DNA of 64,000 nt from contig CAYFTI010000001.1 in assembly GCA_964346065.1 (NCBI GenBank), positions 241 through 64,240 on the forward strand, given 5' to 3'. The notes beneath the pieces were generated by a model that worked only from the letters and a program-made list of their open reading frames with translations, searched no databases and was not told the origin of the DNA. This DNA comes from an uncultured Hyphomicrobiaceae bacterium. GTDB lineage: Bacteria > Pseudomonadota > Alphaproteobacteria > Rhizobiales > Rhodomicrobiaceae. Below are positions 11,728-21,510 of the stretch, in pieces; the first letter of the stretch is position 1; the number at the start of each line of letters is the position of its first letter. A program made the position numbers and the translations under genes.

Positions 11728-12909
11728 TCAGTGGCCGTCGCCCTGGGCATCCTGAAAGCGGTCCATCTGCTCCGGCGTTGCATCTGTCTGATACTTCGCT
11801 TTCCACTCGTCATAGGGCATGCCGTAGACGAGTTCGCGCGATTCGGCCTTCGACAGGTCGAAACCGCGTTCCTCGGCGGCTTCAAGATACCAGTTCGACA
11901 GGCAGTTCCGGCAGAATCCCGCCAGGTTCATCATGTCGATGTTCTGCACGTCCGTGCGCTCGCGCAGATGGCTGACCAGCCGCCGGAATACGGCAGCCTC
12001 GATCTCGGTTGCAGTCTTGGGGTCGATCTCGCGCATCAACTCCTCCTCGCGTGGCGATCTGACATGGGGCAACAATGCCTCTTCATCCGCAAAGGAGCCA
12101 TAGTAATGTATGCGATGCAATCCATGCTTGGTGCCGCGTGAACCGAGAATGCGCGCGATAATCCGCGCCAACCGCTCGGCCCAGGCCTGTTGTCCGGCAT
12201 CGTCCCGGATCAGGTCCTGACGAATCTCGATCAGGGCATGCGCGAATCCGCGGTTGGTGCCGTGTTCATACATACTGTCGCCCTTGAGGCGCCCGCTGTA
12301 AGGCTCGTTTTCGCCGGCAACAATGTCCGGCTCGGCATGAAGCGCATCGACCAGCGGCTTGGCGAAGCGCGGATCCTTGTCCCACAGGACCGTGGCGTGC
12401 CAGGGGCGTGGATGGCCGCGCCAGTTATCCGTGAAGCTGTGGATCGAGAAAATCGCCGGCGGCTTTCCTGCAGCGACCGCCCCGTCGAGCACGGCATCGA
12501 TCGCGGCATGATAAGGGCGGTAATATGTGTTGAGCCGGTGCGCCACCTCGCGGGCATCAATCCGCGCGTTGCCCGGCACAACCGCCCCGTCGGAGATCCG
12601 CATGATCAGCGTGGGGTCTTCCGGCGCCCGGTTCGGATCGATGAACAGGCGGGAGAACCGCGATAACACGGCGGGGGCGCCAAGGAGTTCGGCGAGGCGG
12701 CGCGTCACGCTTGCAGCCCCGATGTCATAGGCGATATGGCGTTCAAGCTGCTCCGGCGGCAGGCCGAGCGTTCCATAGCCGGGCGGAAAGGCGTTGCTCG
12801 CGTGATCGCAGGTGATCACAAGGCCCGCATCCGGTGCGCCCGCAATGAATTCAAAGGCGTTATCGCCGGACTGCGCGTCCGGTGTTTCAGTCTCCGTATT
12901 CTTGAGCAT
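11728..12909 (-). CDS. N-formylglutamate amidohydrolase family protein fused in frame to a DUF1244 domain
   Basis: 393-aa uninterrupted ORF. The N-terminal roughly 290 aa are FGase-like (VITCDHASN, FSIHSF). The C-terminal roughly 100 aa (MREIDPKTATEIEAAVFRRLVSHLRERTDVQNIDMMNLAGFCRNCLSNWY...) look like DUF1244. Confidence 0.7.
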   Translation of the reverse strand: MLKNTETETPDAQSGDNAFEFIAGAPDAGLVITCDHASNAFPPGYGTLGLPPEQLERHIAYDIGAASVTRRLAELLGAPAVLSRFSRLFIDPNRAPEDPTLIMRISDGAVVPGNARIDAREVAHRLNTYYRPYHAAIDAVLDGAVAAGKPPAIFSIHSFTDNWRGHPRPWHATVLWDKDPRFAKPLVDALHAEPDIVAGENEPYSGRLKGDSMYEHGTNRGFAHALIEIRQDLIRDDAGQQAWAERLARIIARILGSRGTKHGLHRIHYYGSFADEEALLPHVRSPREEELMREIDPKTATEIEAAVFRRLVSHLRERTDVQNIDMMNLAGFCRNCLSNWYLEAAEERGFDLSKAESRELVYGMPYDEWKAKYQTDATPEQMDRFQDAQGDGH

Positions 12910-13043
12910 TTTGCAGACTGTGGTTATCAGATCGCGCCAGGCAAGGCGCTTTGGACTCCCTCCAGCGAGAATCTTTAACTAATGGAAGTTGTCTCGAAAG
13001 CAAAGCCTTGCTCTGCACATCTTTAGTGATATGCAGGGTTGCA

Positions 13044-14336
13044 ATGGTCCAAAATCCACATCGCGCCGATTTGATCGCCCTGCTCGAGGCCGCCGTGGAG
13101 CGTGCCCAGCCAGCGGTCTGCTTGCCAGCGCTGTTTCCGCCGCCACCCGAGGGGCGCATCATCGTGATCGCCTGCGGGAAGGCCGCCGCCGGCATGGCTC
13201 GAGTCGCCGAGCAGCACTACGCCCCGGCAATCGCGGCGGGACGCTACGAGGCGCTGGCGGTCACGCGCCACGGCTACGGTGTTCCTCTTGAGCACACCGA
13301 AATTATCGAAGCGGGGCATCCGGTCCCCGATGCCGGCAGCGTGCGCGGGGCCGAAGCTGCCCTCCAGCGCGCAGGCGCGGCCGGGGCGGACGACCTGGTG
13401 CTCGTCCTGCTGTCCGGGGGCGCGTCGGCCATATGCGCCGCGCCGGTGCCTGGACTCACCCTCGCGGACAAGCAGGAACTCACGCAATCGCTCCTGCGGT
13501 CCGGCGCCACGATCAGCCAGATCAACTGCGTACGCAAGCACCTGTCCCGCTTCAAGGGCGGACGGCTGGCTGCCGCCGCGGCACCCGCCCGCGTCCTGAC
13601 ACTTGCGATTTCCGACGTGTCTGGTGACGCACCCGATGCAATCGGCTCCGGCCCCACCGCCCCGGACCCGACGACACTGACGCAGGCTGGGGCCATCCTC
13701 GCAGACGCCGGCATCACACCCGGCCCCGCCATCGACGCGGCCCTCAACGATCCAGCCAACGAAACACCGAAGCCGGGTGATTCCGCGTTCGAGCCAACGA
13801 CCTACATGCTTGCCGCAACCGCTGCGCAGTCTCTCGATGCGGCCGCCCGGACGGCACGGGCACTGGGATACCAGCCCGTGGTTCTTGGCGATGCCCTGGA
13901 GGGCGAGGCCCGCGATCTGGCTGCAGCCCATGCCGCACAAGCGCGCGAGCTTCAGCGTGGCGGCGAACGCGTGGCGCTGCTATCGGGCGGCGAGGTAACG
14001 GTGACGATCCGGGGCAACGGGCGCGGCGGTCCAAACCAGGAATATGCCCTGGCGCTTGCCTTGGCGCTCGATGGGGCACCCGGCATCTGGGGGCTGGCCG
14101 CGGACACCGACGGGACCGATGGCGGATCCGGCGCGGCGGACGACCCGGCGGGCGCACTCATCTATCCTGACACGCTGACGCGCGCGGCCGCAGCAGACCT
14201 CGAAGCAGCCACATTTCTCCAGAATAACGATTCGCAAACCTTCTTCGGTATATTAGGCGATCATGTTGTCACGGGGCCGACGCAGACCAACGTGAACGAT
14301 TTTCGCGCGCTCCTGATCGAACCGCTGGAGGAATGA
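13044..14336 (+). CDS. glycerate 2-kinase / hydroxypyruvate reductase family (MOFRL)
   Basis: Track ORF 12951..14336. Motifs LLSGGASA, LLSGGEVTVTIRGNGRGGPNQE and ADTDGTDGG. I prefer the ATG at 13044 (MVQNPHRADL...). Confidence 0.8.
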   Translation: MVQNPHRADLIALLEAAVERAQPAVCLPALFPPPPEGRIIVIACGKAAAGMARVAEQHYAPAIAAGRYEALAVTRHGYGVPLEHTEIIEAGHPVPDAGSVRGAEAALQRAGAAGADDLVLVLLSGGASAICAAPVPGLTLADKQELTQSLLRSGATISQINCVRKHLSRFKGGRLAAAAAPARVLTLAISDVSGDAPDAIGSGPTAPDPTTLTQAGAILADAGITPGPAIDAALNDPANETPKPGDSAFEPTTYMLAATAAQSLDAAARTARALGYQPVVLGDALEGEARDLAAAHAAQARELQRGGERVALLSGGEVTVTIRGNGRGGPNQEYALALALALDGAPGIWGLAADTDGTDGGSGAADDPAGALIYPDTLTRAAAADLEAATFLQNNDSQTFFGILGDHVVTGPTQTNVNDFRALLIEPLEE

Positions 14337-14406
14337 CGCTGATGCATGACGGCCGATCCTTCTGGAAACCGGCTCTCGCCATGCCGATCCTTGCCATGAG
14401 GTCTCC

Positions 14407-14937
14407 ATGACGTACCGATCACCGGACCCCGGGGGATCGTTGAGCTGGGTCATCGTCGCCGGGATTGTTGCCTTTGCGGCGGCCTTCTCGTTTGCCGCTT
14501 TCGCGGTATGGGATTTCAACCCGCTGCGATCCACCTCGAAGCAGGAAACAACCCAAAAAGCCTCCGGCGACGGATTCTTGCGGCTGTGCAACATGACCTC
14601 CAGCCGCATCGGGGCAGCTATCGGCTACAAGGACCCTGAGGGATGGGTGAGCGAAGGCTGGTGGAATGTCGCGGCGCAGGACTGCAAAATCCTCATCAAC
14701 GGGGCTCTGAGCGCACGGTTTTATTACGTCCATGCCGTCGACTATGACCGCGGCGGCGAGTGGGGCGGGGAAGCGAGCATGTGCATCAAGGAAAAGGCCT
14801 TCACGATCCGCGGTGTCAATAACTGCAGCGAGCGCGGTTATGACGAGAAGAGTTTCTTCGAGGTCGATACCGAGGAAGAAACCAACTGGACGATCCGGAT
14901 GACCGACAGCGAAGACAACGTCGCCTCCGCCGAGTGA
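14407..14937 (+). CDS. DUF1036 membrane-anchored protein
   Basis: 176 aa. N-terminal TM segment followed by the LRLCNMTSSRIGAAIGY...GWW core. DUF1036 sits next to pyk in many Rhizobiales genomes as far as I recall. Confidence 0.65.
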   Translation: MTYRSPDPGGSLSWVIVAGIVAFAAAFSFAAFAVWDFNPLRSTSKQETTQKASGDGFLRLCNMTSSRIGAAIGYKDPEGWVSEGWWNVAAQDCKILINGALSARFYYVHAVDYDRGGEWGGEASMCIKEKAFTIRGVNNCSERGYDEKSFFEVDTEEETNWTIRMTDSEDNVASAE

Positions 14938-15251
14938 ACCGTCTCTGACCTTCAGCCTCAGCGCCCCCAGGGTGGCTGCCAGAAGGCTGGCCATATCCCG
15001 GTGCACGCGTGCGACGATCCTCGATCGGCGATTATCCCGCCCCGATCACCGCGATTTCATCTTTGGCACACTTGTCCCGCGGGATACTCAGCCGTATGCA
15101 TGACACGGCAAACGGGATCGTGCTCCAGCGTCGGCGGACGATCCCGTATTCAGACAACATGCCAACACGTGAAGCCATAAGCCATGTCGATTGCTGGAAA
15201 CGTCTCGATCGATCGCCTGAGCGACGTCGAGCGCGACGCGGCGCTGGCCCG

Positions 15252-16685
15252 ATGATACAGCACCGCCAGGTCAAGATCGTCGCAACGCTCGGGCCGGCCT
15301 CGTCCAGCCCGGAGATGATCGATCGCCTCATCGCCGCCGGGGCCGACACCTTCCGCATCAACATGAGCCATACATCGCACGACGGGGCGAAAGCCGCGGT
15401 TCAGGCGATCCGTGCTGCGGAAGCCCGGGGGCACAAGCCTATCGGTATCCTCGTTGATCTGCAGGGCCCCAAACTCCGGGTCGGGGAATTCGCCGGAGAC
15501 GCCGTGACGCTCAAAGAGGGCGCTTCTTTCCGGTTCGATCAATCGGAAAAGCCCGGATCGTCTGAGCGCGTCCAGCTGCCGCATCCCGAAATCTTCAAGA
15601 GCGTCGCGCCCGGAGACCGGCTTTTGCTCGACGACGGCAAGCTGCGGCTGGACGTGACCGAAGCGGATGCTGAAACGATTTCCGCTCAGGTCGTGGTGGG
15701 CGGCCCTCTTTCCGGCCGCAAGGGGATCAGCTTGCCCGATACGGTGCTGCCGGTGGGCGCGCTGACGCCAAAGGACCGGGCGGATCTCGACTTTACGCTC
15801 GGGCTCGGTGTCGACTGGCTTGCCCTATCGTTCGTGCAGCGCGAGGACGATATCGCCGAAGCCGCAAAACTGGCACGCGGCCGCGCGGCGATCATGGCCA
15901 AGATCGAGAAGCCGGCGGCGGTCCAGCGGATCGAGCCGATCCTCGAGCGCGCCGATGCCCTCATGGTGGCGCGCGGCGACCTTGGTGTGGAGATGCCGCT
16001 GGAGCAGGTGCCGGGCCTGCAGAAGTCACTGACGCGCGCGGCGCGCCGCGCGGGCAAACCCATCGTCATCGCCACGCAGATGCTGGAATCGATGATCGAA
16101 GCGCCGGCTCCGACGCGCGCGGAGGTCTCCGACGTTGCGACGGCCGTGTTTGAAGGCGCCGACGCGATCATGCTCTCGGCGGAGTCCGCGATGGGCAAGT
16201 ATCCGGCCGAGGCGGTGGAAACCATGGCGCGCATCGCGGCCGAGGTCGAAGACGATCCGCTCTATGACAGCATCATCCATGCCCCGGATCTCGGCCCGGT
16301 TGATACGGCCCCCGGCGCGATCAGCGCCGCAGCCTGCTCCATCGCCCGCTCGCTGAACCTGGCCTTGATCATCTCCTACACCGCGACCGGTGCAACGGCC
16401 TTGCGCGCGGTGCAGCATCGCCCCGGAACGCGTGTCCTCGCCCTGACGCCTGTACCGGAGACCGCGCGGCGGCTCGCGCTTGTCTGGGGCCTGCGCTGCG
16501 TGCTGACCGACGACCCGAGCGATCTGGATGACATGGTCGAGCGTGCCTGCGGCATCGCCCGTGAGTGGGGCTTCGCAGAACCGGGCCAGCGCGTGATCAT
16601 CTCGGCGGGCGTGCCACTGGGAACACCCGGCGCGACGAACATGCTGCGCCTGGCGTTCATCGAACATCGGCCACGCGCCGCTTGA
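15252..16685 (+). CDS. pyk: pyruvate kinase
   Basis: Track ORF 15009..16685. Motifs KIVATLGPAS, FRINMSH, MVARGDLGVE and ATQMLESM. The ATG at 15252 (MIQHRQVKIV...) gives the normal length. Confidence 0.95.
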   Translation: MIQHRQVKIVATLGPASSSPEMIDRLIAAGADTFRINMSHTSHDGAKAAVQAIRAAEARGHKPIGILVDLQGPKLRVGEFAGDAVTLKEGASFRFDQSEKPGSSERVQLPHPEIFKSVAPGDRLLLDDGKLRLDVTEADAETISAQVVVGGPLSGRKGISLPDTVLPVGALTPKDRADLDFTLGLGVDWLALSFVQREDDIAEAAKLARGRAAIMAKIEKPAAVQRIEPILERADALMVARGDLGVEMPLEQVPGLQKSLTRAARRAGKPIVIATQMLESMIEAPAPTRAEVSDVATAVFEGADAIMLSAESAMGKYPAEAVETMARIAAEVEDDPLYDSIIHAPDLGPVDTAPGAISAAACSIARSLNLALIISYTATGATALRAVQHRPGTRVLALTPVPETARRLALVWGLRCVLTDDPSDLDDMVERACGIAREWGFAEPGQRVIISAGVPLGTPGATNMLRLAFIEHRPRAA

Positions 16686-16691
16686 TCTGTC

Positions 16692-17375
16692 CTATTTCAC
16701 GCCAGACACGCAGCAGTCATTGGCAACCCGTCTGGGGACCGAGTCCTTCAGCCAGCACCGCGCCTTGGGCCCCTGAATGCCCGGTTTGACATACGTATAG
16801 GCCGCGCAACGGCGCTCCTGTTCGCATTGCCGCGCGCACAAACCCGGCTGATCGTTTGCGAGCGTGAAGTTGCGGTAGTCGGACCCCGGACGGTCAATGC
16901 CCGGTTCCCAGCTTACGCTGTTGTCCTGCCCGCCGCCGGTTCGGCTTCGCGTCCGCACAGTTATGCTGGTCCTTTCGGTCGCCCATTTCGGGCGGAAGAC
17001 CCTGGGTATTGTGACGGTAATTTGAAGACTATAGCGCTCTCCCGGCCGCAGTTCCCCTTGAGGGATGCTGCGCACAAAGGGAAGCATGTTTGACGAGTAT
17101 CCGCGACTGCTGCCGCGATCGACTTTCCGATCGTAGATAACGCGACCGGTATCGTCATGGAAGACGTGAACCTCGATCACTTTCCAGTTCGGATTGCAGT
17201 TCCGCCCGGTCGGCTCGAATTTGATGGTCGGCGTCAGAGAAATGGTCGATCCATCCGACGGGCTCACGATCTTCGGCGGACAGGTCGGCTCCGCCGCCGA
17301 GGCTGGCAGCATCGTGGCAAGCGCGACGGCCACGACGCTGATCGCTGCTAAAGTAAAATTCCTCCCTTCGCGCAT
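16692..17375 (-). CDS. secreted protein with C-terminal PAN/Apple-like Cys-rich domain
   Basis: Track ORF 16692..17483. The ATG at 17375 gives signal peptide MREGRNFTLAAISVVAVALATMLPASAA. The C-terminus CARQCEQERRCAAYTYVKPG...ARCWLK...CCVSG resembles a PAN module. Confidence 0.55.
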   Translation of the reverse strand: MREGRNFTLAAISVVAVALATMLPASAAEPTCPPKIVSPSDGSTISLTPTIKFEPTGRNCNPNWKVIEVHVFHDDTGRVIYDRKVDRGSSRGYSSNMLPFVRSIPQGELRPGERYSLQITVTIPRVFRPKWATERTSITVRTRSRTGGGQDNSVSWEPGIDRPGSDYRNFTLANDQPGLCARQCEQERRCAAYTYVKPGIQGPKARCWLKDSVPRRVANDCCVSGVK

Positions 17376-17883
17376 GTCCTCCCGGTCCTTTCTGCATTTT
17401 TCGTTTGGTCTGGGGCATCGGCGTGGCCGCGGCCAGCGCTGATAACGAGCGAACGCGCTGCCCAAGCAGAACGCCCGGCTCATGCCTTGCCCGGCCGGCG
17501 AAAGTCAATCGAGCAGGCCCCGAATAATGGCGCTTATCAAACACAGAAATGCGTCACAACAGCAACAATACGCTTGTAGCATTGGACCGAATCTGTAACG
17601 CGCGCACGCGCGAACCAGTTACGGCTGGCCGCATAAATAGTGCGGAACTCTTGACGCGATATGCGCGAAAGCTCCTATTCGCTCCCGCCCTACCGCCCCG
17701 TAGCATTTCCAGCAATGAAACGCTTGATGTCTTGGGCCGTGCCCCCGCCAGAGGCGGACTCGGCGCGCCTGTCGTTCCGGTCCTGCGCTGAAATAATCGC
17801 GCCCGCGCCCTTGCCATCTCCGCATGTGCTTGCGACGATATGTCGTGAAGCAAGATGCCGATAAATAAACTGCGGAGGAAAAA

Positions 17884-19929
17884 ATGGCGGCTACCGGCGC
17901 GCATGACACCCACGGCCCCCGTTGCGTGGCTCTGGTCGGTCCGTATTCCAGCGGCAAGACAACGCTGCTCGAAGCCCTGATGGCGCGCACAGGCGCGATT
18001 ACCCGGCAGGGCTCCGTAGGTGACGGCAACACGCTTGGCGACCATGACTCCTCCGCGCGCAACCACCAGATGAGCGTGGAGATGAACGTCGGCCAGACGG
18101 AATTCATCGGCGAATCCTTCACCTTCCTCGACTGTCCGGGCTCGGTCGAATTCCATCATGAAAACGTGCCTGCCATCGCCGCTTGCGACGCTGCGGTGGT
18201 CGTCTGCGAGGCCGACCCGCGCAAGGTTCCTGCGCTTCAGGTCACGCTCAGGGACCTGGAGCAGCAGGGCATCCCGCATTTCCTGTTCCTCAACAAGATC
18301 GACAAGACCGACATGCGCATCCGCGACATCCTGCCGATGCTGCAGCCGGCCAGCCAGCGCCCGCTGGTGCTGCGCCATATTCCGATCTGGGAAAAGGGCA
18401 TCGTCACCGGCTTCATCGACCTGGCGCTGGAGCGCGCCTTCGTCTACCGCGAACACGCCCCGAGCGAGGTTGTCGAAGTCCCTGCGGAGGCCGGCAATCG
18501 CGAGGCCGAGGCCCGCTTCTCGATGCTGGAACAGCTCGCCGATTACGACGACCAGCTCATGGAACAGCTTCTGGAGGATATCGAGCCGCCGCGTGACCGG
18601 GTCTTCGACGATCTCGCGAAGGAGTTGCGCGAAGGGGCGATCTGCCCGGTCCTGATCGGCTCGGCGGAACGCGGCAACGGCATATTCAGGCTGCTCAAGG
18701 CGCTGCGCCATGAGGCCCCGACCGCAGACCAGGCAGCCGAGCGGCTGGGTGTTGCCTCCTGGCCGAGCGCGCTCGCGATCTTCAAGACCCTTCACACGCC
18801 TCATGGCGGCAAACTTTCCCTCACTCGCGTGCTGCGCGGGGAGGTCTCTGAAGGAATGACGGTTTACGCGCCGGAAGGCGAAGACCGCTGCGCCGGGGTT
18901 TTCGCCATGAAAGGCGCCGAGACGACGAAACGCGGTCCGGCGGGACTGGGCGAAACCGCAGCGCTCGGTCGGCTGGACCACGCCGCGACCGGCGACATGG
19001 CCTCCACCGCAAAAGATGAACCGCGAAAGCACTTCATCGCGACCGGGATGGCCCCGGTCTACGGCGTCGCCATCAACGCGGCAGAACGCAAGGACGAGGT
19101 CAGGCTGACCACCGCGCTCGGCAAGATCACGGACGAAGACCCCTCGCTCGTTTTCATCAACAACCACGAGACCGGAGGGATGGAGTTGTGGGGGTTCGGG
19201 GAGATGCATCTCCGGCTCGCGCTTGAGCGCCTGCAAACCAAGTACGGAATCAAGGCGGAGACCCGGCCGCGCAAGATCCCTTACAAGGAGACGATCCGCA
19301 AAGGCACCGAAGTCCGCGGCCGACACAAGAAGCAAAGCGGCGGCCACGGCCAGTTCGGCGATGTCGTGCTGGAGATCAAGCCGCTCCCGCGCGGCAGTGG
19401 CTTCGAATTCTCCGAGACGATCACCGGCGGCGCCGTGCCGAAGCAATACATTTCCGCCGTGGAAGCCGGCGTGACAGACTATCTCGGCGAAGGTCCGCTC
19501 GGGTTTCCCGTCGTCGATGTCGCGGTCTGCCTGAAGGACGGCTCCTATCACAGCGTCGATTCATCCGAACAGGCGTTCCGCGCCGCCGGCCGGCTGGCGA
19601 TGGCCGAGGGGATGCCGCAATGCGAGCCCGTTCTGCTGGAGCCGATCAGCGCGGTCGAGATCGCGACGCCGTCCGACGCGACGCCGAAGATCAATCAGAT
19701 CATTTCCACGCGGCGCGGACACATTCAGGGGTTCGACGCCCGTCAGGGCTGGCCCGGTTGGGATGTCGTTTGGGGCGAAATGCCCGAAGCGGAGACGCGT
19801 GACCTGATCCTCGAACTGCGCTCGGCCACGGCCGGGGTCGGAACCTTTACCGCACGCTTCGACCATTTGCAGCCGTTGAACGGCAAGCTCGCCGAGCAGG
19901 TTATCGCCAGCGGGTCCGCAGCAGCCTGA
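17884..19929 (+). CDS. elongation factor G paralog (EF-G-like translational GTPase)
   Basis: 681 aa. G1 GPYSSGKTT, G3 DCPGSVEF, G4 NKID. EF-G domain IV motif RGRHKKQSGGHGQFG. GGAGG is 5 nt upstream of the ATG. Confidence 0.8.
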   Translation: MAATGAHDTHGPRCVALVGPYSSGKTTLLEALMARTGAITRQGSVGDGNTLGDHDSSARNHQMSVEMNVGQTEFIGESFTFLDCPGSVEFHHENVPAIAACDAAVVVCEADPRKVPALQVTLRDLEQQGIPHFLFLNKIDKTDMRIRDILPMLQPASQRPLVLRHIPIWEKGIVTGFIDLALERAFVYREHAPSEVVEVPAEAGNREAEARFSMLEQLADYDDQLMEQLLEDIEPPRDRVFDDLAKELREGAICPVLIGSAERGNGIFRLLKALRHEAPTADQAAERLGVASWPSALAIFKTLHTPHGGKLSLTRVLRGEVSEGMTVYAPEGEDRCAGVFAMKGAETTKRGPAGLGETAALGRLDHAATGDMASTAKDEPRKHFIATGMAPVYGVAINAAERKDEVRLTTALGKITDEDPSLVFINNHETGGMELWGFGEMHLRLALERLQTKYGIKAETRPRKIPYKETIRKGTEVRGRHKKQSGGHGQFGDVVLEIKPLPRGSGFEFSETITGGAVPKQYISAVEAGVTDYLGEGPLGFPVVDVAVCLKDGSYHSVDSSEQAFRAAGRLAMAEGMPQCEPVLLEPISAVEIATPSDATPKINQIISTRRGHIQGFDARQGWPGWDVVWGEMPEAETRDLILELRSATAGVGTFTARFDHLQPLNGKLAEQVIASGSAAA

Positions 19930-20024
19930 GACAGGCGACGAATGATCGCAAAAGCGTGATTGAGTCTGTGATCCCAAGGCGGGTCTCACCATGTCGTGAA
20001 CAAAGCAATACGTGGGAGACCAAG

Positions 20025-21020
20025 ATGCGTTGCATTCGCAAGAAGGGCTGGCAGCTGCCCGAGAGCTTCGTGACGGATGAAGCGGTGTTCCTGAACCGCC
20101 GGCGGTTCATGCGGGGCGCCGCACTGGTGGCTGGCGCCGGTCTCGTCGGCGGCGGACTGAGCGGTTGCGGCTCAGAGCAAGAGGACACCGTAGAGGACAC
20201 TGGCTCGGCTGCAGATCCAAGCGCAGGTCGCTATCCCGTGACGCGAAACGACACCTACGAGGTCTCGCGCGAGATCACCTCCGAGGAGACCGCTACCACG
20301 TACAACAACTTCTACGAGTTCGGATCCAGCAAACGCATATCCTCGGCGGCGCAGGCCCTGCCGATCCGACCCTGGGAAATCGCTATCGAGGGCCAGGTAG
20401 AAAAACCCTTCAAGATCGGCATCGATGATCTGCTCGGGAAGATGCCGCTGGAGGAGCGGGTGTACCGCCTGCGCTGCGTTGAAGCATGGTCAATGGTCAT
20501 CCCCTGGAGCGGCTTTCCAATGAAGGCGCTGCTGAACCTGGCGAAACCGCTCGGCAAGGCCAAGTACGTCAAGATGCAGACCTTCATGAACCCGGATGTG
20601 GCGCGCGGGCAGCGTCAGGGCTGGTATCCGTGGCCTTACACCGAAGGCCTGACGATCAAGGAAGCGGCCAACGATCTCGCGTTCCTCGCCACGGGCATGT
20701 ATGGAAAGCCGGTGCCGAAACAGAACGGTGCGCCGATCCGCCTCGCGGTGCCTTGGAAATACGGTTTCAAATCAGCGAAATCCCTCGTGCGGTTCACCTT
20801 TACGGACGAACGCCCCAAGACCTTCTGGGAAGAGATTGCGCCGACAGAGTACGGCTTCTGGGCGAACGTAAACCCGGAAGTATCGCACCCGCGCTGGAGC
20901 CAGGCCACCGAGGAGGTGATCGGGACCGACAAGGAAGTGCCAACCCAGCTCTATAACGGTTACGGTGCGTATGTGGCCGACCTGTACAAGGGCATGGAGG
21001 ATGAGCGGCTCTTCATGTGA
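20025..21020 (+). CDS. msrP: protein-methionine-sulfoxide reductase catalytic subunit MsrP (YedY)
   Basis: Track ORF 19956..21020. Tat signal RRRFMRGAALVAGAG. Moco-domain motifs YRLRCVEAWSMVIPW and GAPIRLAVPWKYGFKSAKS. Confidence 0.9.
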   Translation: MRCIRKKGWQLPESFVTDEAVFLNRRRFMRGAALVAGAGLVGGGLSGCGSEQEDTVEDTGSAADPSAGRYPVTRNDTYEVSREITSEETATTYNNFYEFGSSKRISSAAQALPIRPWEIAIEGQVEKPFKIGIDDLLGKMPLEERVYRLRCVEAWSMVIPWSGFPMKALLNLAKPLGKAKYVKMQTFMNPDVARGQRQGWYPWPYTEGLTIKEAANDLAFLATGMYGKPVPKQNGAPIRLAVPWKYGFKSAKSLVRFTFTDERPKTFWEEIAPTEYGFWANVNPEVSHPRWSQATEEVIGTDKEVPTQLYNGYGAYVADLYKGMEDERLFM

Positions 21021-21102
21021 CCCAACGATAATTCTTGATCGTGCAGCTCAGGCTCTCTTATGCTGAGAAGTCAGTGACAGTAGGCAACATCAGGAGGCAA
21101 GG

Positions 21103-21384
21103 TTGGGTAAGAAGGGCGACAAACTCCCCTCCCCCTGTATCGATATCTGCAAGGACAAGCGCGGTGTCTGCGTCGGATGCGGGCGCACCAAGAAGCAGAA
21201 AAAAGCGTGGAAGGATATCAACTCGGACGCTGGGCGCGAGGCGCTGATCCTTGAATGCGCCGAGGCCGCCAAGGCGCTTGGCATCTACGAGTTCTGGGCC
21301 GGCGAATATCGCCGCAAATGCCGCAAGAAGGGACGAGAGTGCCCCCTTGATCAGATCGAGATGGAGGGGGCCACGGCTGATTAG
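21103..21384 (+). CDS. DUF1289 (YdhL-like) Cys-rich protein
   Basis: 93 aa. PCIDICKDKRGVCVGCGRTKKQKKAWK motif. TTG start at 21103 with AGGAGG 5 nt upstream. Confidence 0.7.
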   Translation: MGKKGDKLPSPCIDICKDKRGVCVGCGRTKKQKKAWKDINSDAGREALILECAEAAKALGIYEFWAGEYRRKCRKKGRECPLDQIEMEGATAD

Positions 21385-21510
21385 GCGCCGCTAGACGGCT
21401 TCGCGTGGCCCTTGCCCACAGCGTGACCTCGCGAGCCCCGTGCCAGCGGACGTGGCGCCCGGGTTTCCGCTTCAAACACTGGCGGACAGGACCTTGGCGC
21501 CGAGACCGTG

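Noticed and set aside
17554-19551. 665-aa minus-strand ORF antisense to the EF-G paralog
   Set aside because: It is a shadow ORF, and the plus strand carries complete GTPase and EF-G motifs.
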